This document shows, piece by piece, positions 61,717-64,000 of a DNA stretch of 64,000 nt. Source of the DNA: Scyliorhinus canicula (taxonomy: Eukaryota); NCBI RefSeq assembly GCF_902713615.1, contig NC_052153.1:94304301-94368300 (forward strand), written 5' to 3'. Below the pieces are notes generated by a model that did no database searches, was not told the origin of the DNA, and saw nothing but the letters and a program-made list of their open reading frames with translations. How positions within the stretch are numbered: position 1 is the stretch's first letter; each line of letters begins with the position of its first letter. Position numbers and translations under genes: made by a program.

Positions 61717-62073
61717 GTAAGACCCTTGACTATAAATGTGATTAAAAATAGAAAAAATCATTATGATTGAACAAGCCCCAACCCCTATTGGTGAATCCAC
61801 ATACCTAGCTTCTCACTGTCATTTATTCCTTTTTAATTAGGTTGCCACAACAGCCGATAAAGGAGAAATATGGCAAAGCGTATACTTGGAAAACATATCA
61901 AAATTTGTCGTGAAATGTATATTTATTGCTACACATAATGCACCACCACATTCAGTAAAACCTCAAGACATATGATACTTAATTTTCCCTAGCAAAAAGA
62001 CTATTCTTTGCCGTTGATGTTGGAGCAAAGTCTTTATAGTTGTATGCTAAATTATGTAGTCACAAGTTTCAGG

Positions 62074-62308
62074 TTTTTTAAAATAGATTTTTATAAATTA
62101 AAAGTTCCCAATTTTTTTCAATTAAGGGGCACCTTAGCATGGCCAATCCACCTATCCTGCACATCTTTGAGTTGTGGGGGTAAGAGCCATGCAAACACGA
62201 GAGAATGTGCAAACTCCGCACAGACAGTGACCTGGAGCCAGGATCGAACCTGGATCCTCAGTGCCATGATGCATCAGTGCTATCCACTGCGCCATTGTGC
62301 CCTCCCCA
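62074..62308 (-). mobile_element. HE1-like SINE, A-rich tail
   Basis: Reverse-complement head and core. Confidence 0.85.
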
Positions 62309-62419
62309 GACTTTCACAGTCAACTTTTGTATTCTGTTTCTAGTCCAATATTTAGGACCAACTGCTTAACTTCTAAAAGAAAGTTATTAAAATAGTACTA
62401 TCCTTAGTAGAACATGCAA

Positions 62420-62707
62420 AGTTTTAGGCTAAGGGATGGCAGATTTAAAAGAGACATCAGGAGGAATTGCTTCACTCAAATGGTCGTGAATCTGGAATTC
62501 TCTACCTCAAGAGTGCAGAGGACGCCAGAACACTAAACAAATTTGAGGAGGAGATACCTGGGTTTTTAATTAATAGCGGGATGAAGGGTTTTGCGGAGCC
62601 AGCAGGAAGGTGGAAATGAGGCCGAGATAAGATCAGCCATGATCTTACTGAATGGCAGAGCAGGCTCGAGGGGCTGAATGACCTCCTGCTCCTAGTTCTT
62701 ATGTTCA
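62420..62707 (+). mobile_element. CR1 3' end
   Basis: The tail matches 3395-3476. Confidence 0.85.
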
Positions 62708-63289
62708 TAAACACTGCTGATTTGTTTACATGTTCATTTAGTACTCTTCCCAGGTGATAATAGAAACAATACTTGGCAAATCATAAGTTCTGCAGTTGAT
62801 CATATACACATACAGGCAAAAATAAACATTTACAATATAAACAAAGAGCCCAGCGCAAAAATTTCAACACTCGGCGCAAAGAGTATATAAGATATTGCAT
62901 GTGTCAAAATAAACCAAATTCCTTCACAGTTGCAACAGTAAGTTGACCTGAATTCCTGCCAATGGTTAAATGACTGAAAATATGTAGCACATTTGTTAAA
63001 GATTTAGAACAGTATTGGTAAATGACCTTGAGAGGTTAACACTATCTTTTACCAGATTTGCAAGCTATTTCCGCTCAATGTGCCTCATTCAGCAGTTGAA
63101 ACAGAATTCTTAAGTGCTACCTGGACTTTATAATCATGACTTTAATGTGCATTGTGACCACAATCCCTTAGATGGTTACAGTAGACCCGTACGAAAAGTG
63201 CACATCTGTTGGTATGGAGCATCGCACCTTCAGGATATAGCATCCTTCATAAACTCCAACTTGTTCAAATTCTTTGTTGCACTTGACTC

Positions 63290-63810
63290 TATGGAATCAT
63301 AGAATGGTTAGTTACAAAAGGAGGCCATTCCAGCCAATCGTGCCTATGCCAGCTGTCCGAGAACAACTCGGTTAGTCCTCCCCTGTGTTTCTCCATAGCA
63401 CAGCATTTTTTTTTTCTTTTCAGGTGCTTCTCCTAATCTCTTTTTTTTTTGTAACCCATGATTAAATCTGCCTCCACCACACTCCCAAGCAGTGCATTCC
63501 AGGTCGTAACCACTTAAATCAAAAACATTTGCCTTATGTCACTATTAGGTCCATTGTAATTCACCTTGAATCAGAATCCTCTGGTTTTCTCACTTTCAAA
63601 ATGTGAAAAATATCTGTCTGAACGCCTCCATCAAATTTTTTTCTCTGCCTTCTTTCCTAAAAGGAGAACAGGCGTGGCTTCCCCAATCTATATTCGTAAA
63701 TTTTTTCTTCATTTTCTCTCAAACCTTCATATCCTTCCTCAAGTTTGGTGCCAAGAATTGGACCCAGAACCTCCAATTGAGGCCAAACTAGTATTTTATA
63801 ACGGTTATCA
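63290..63810 (-). mobile_element. Decayed CR1 3' fragment
   Basis: Reverse-complement tail ATCATAGAATGGTTA and VWPQLE..QF remnants. Confidence 0.65.
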
Positions 63811-64000
63811 TTACTTCTTTTTTTTATTCTATTTATGAAGCCCATATAATTTTCTGGAAGGGCAGGAACCTCATTTAAATACATTTAAATAATTTTAAAT
63901 GTAGTTAAAGGGCTTCCCCGACCATATGTTCCCCTCGGGTAAGGAATTCCCATCACGTCGGTGAGGTTTACAGCAAATATTGAAAAACTGGAAGCAGTCA

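Overview
Eukaryotic, repeat-dense genomic DNA from a cartilaginous fish (shark-type HE1/V-SINEs, SacSINE/Deu-type SINEs, CR1/HER1 LINEs). Two spliced host genes lie in tandem on the + strand. NMRK1 (nicotinamide riboside kinase 1) has seven coding exons from 10066 to a probable stop at 26191; its ATG-bearing first coding exon was not found and probably lies upstream. CARNMT1 (carnosine N-methyltransferase) has a CpG-island promoter at ~30.7-31.1 kb and coding exons 1-7 from 30994 to 61716; its last exon lies beyond the window. All exon junctions are GT-AG with consistent phases. Most long ORFs in the supplied track are decayed retroelements (CR1, L1/Tx1-like, Rex1, Penelope, Gypsy/Mag) or a Harbinger Myb gene. 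The most unusual structure is a ~400-bp, ~95%-identical inverted duplication of the probable NMRK1 3'UTR (26347-26746 vs 28644-29044). Poly(A) signals lie between and just after its arms, so poly(A)-site choice could switch a long dsRNA hairpin on or off. Also notable: a UGA-CUA stop followed by a 47-codon open extension, one SINE head carrying three different tails (only one of which shows long TSDs), a CTCF-motif-bearing solo LTR, and Penelope hammerhead/inverted-repeat remnants.
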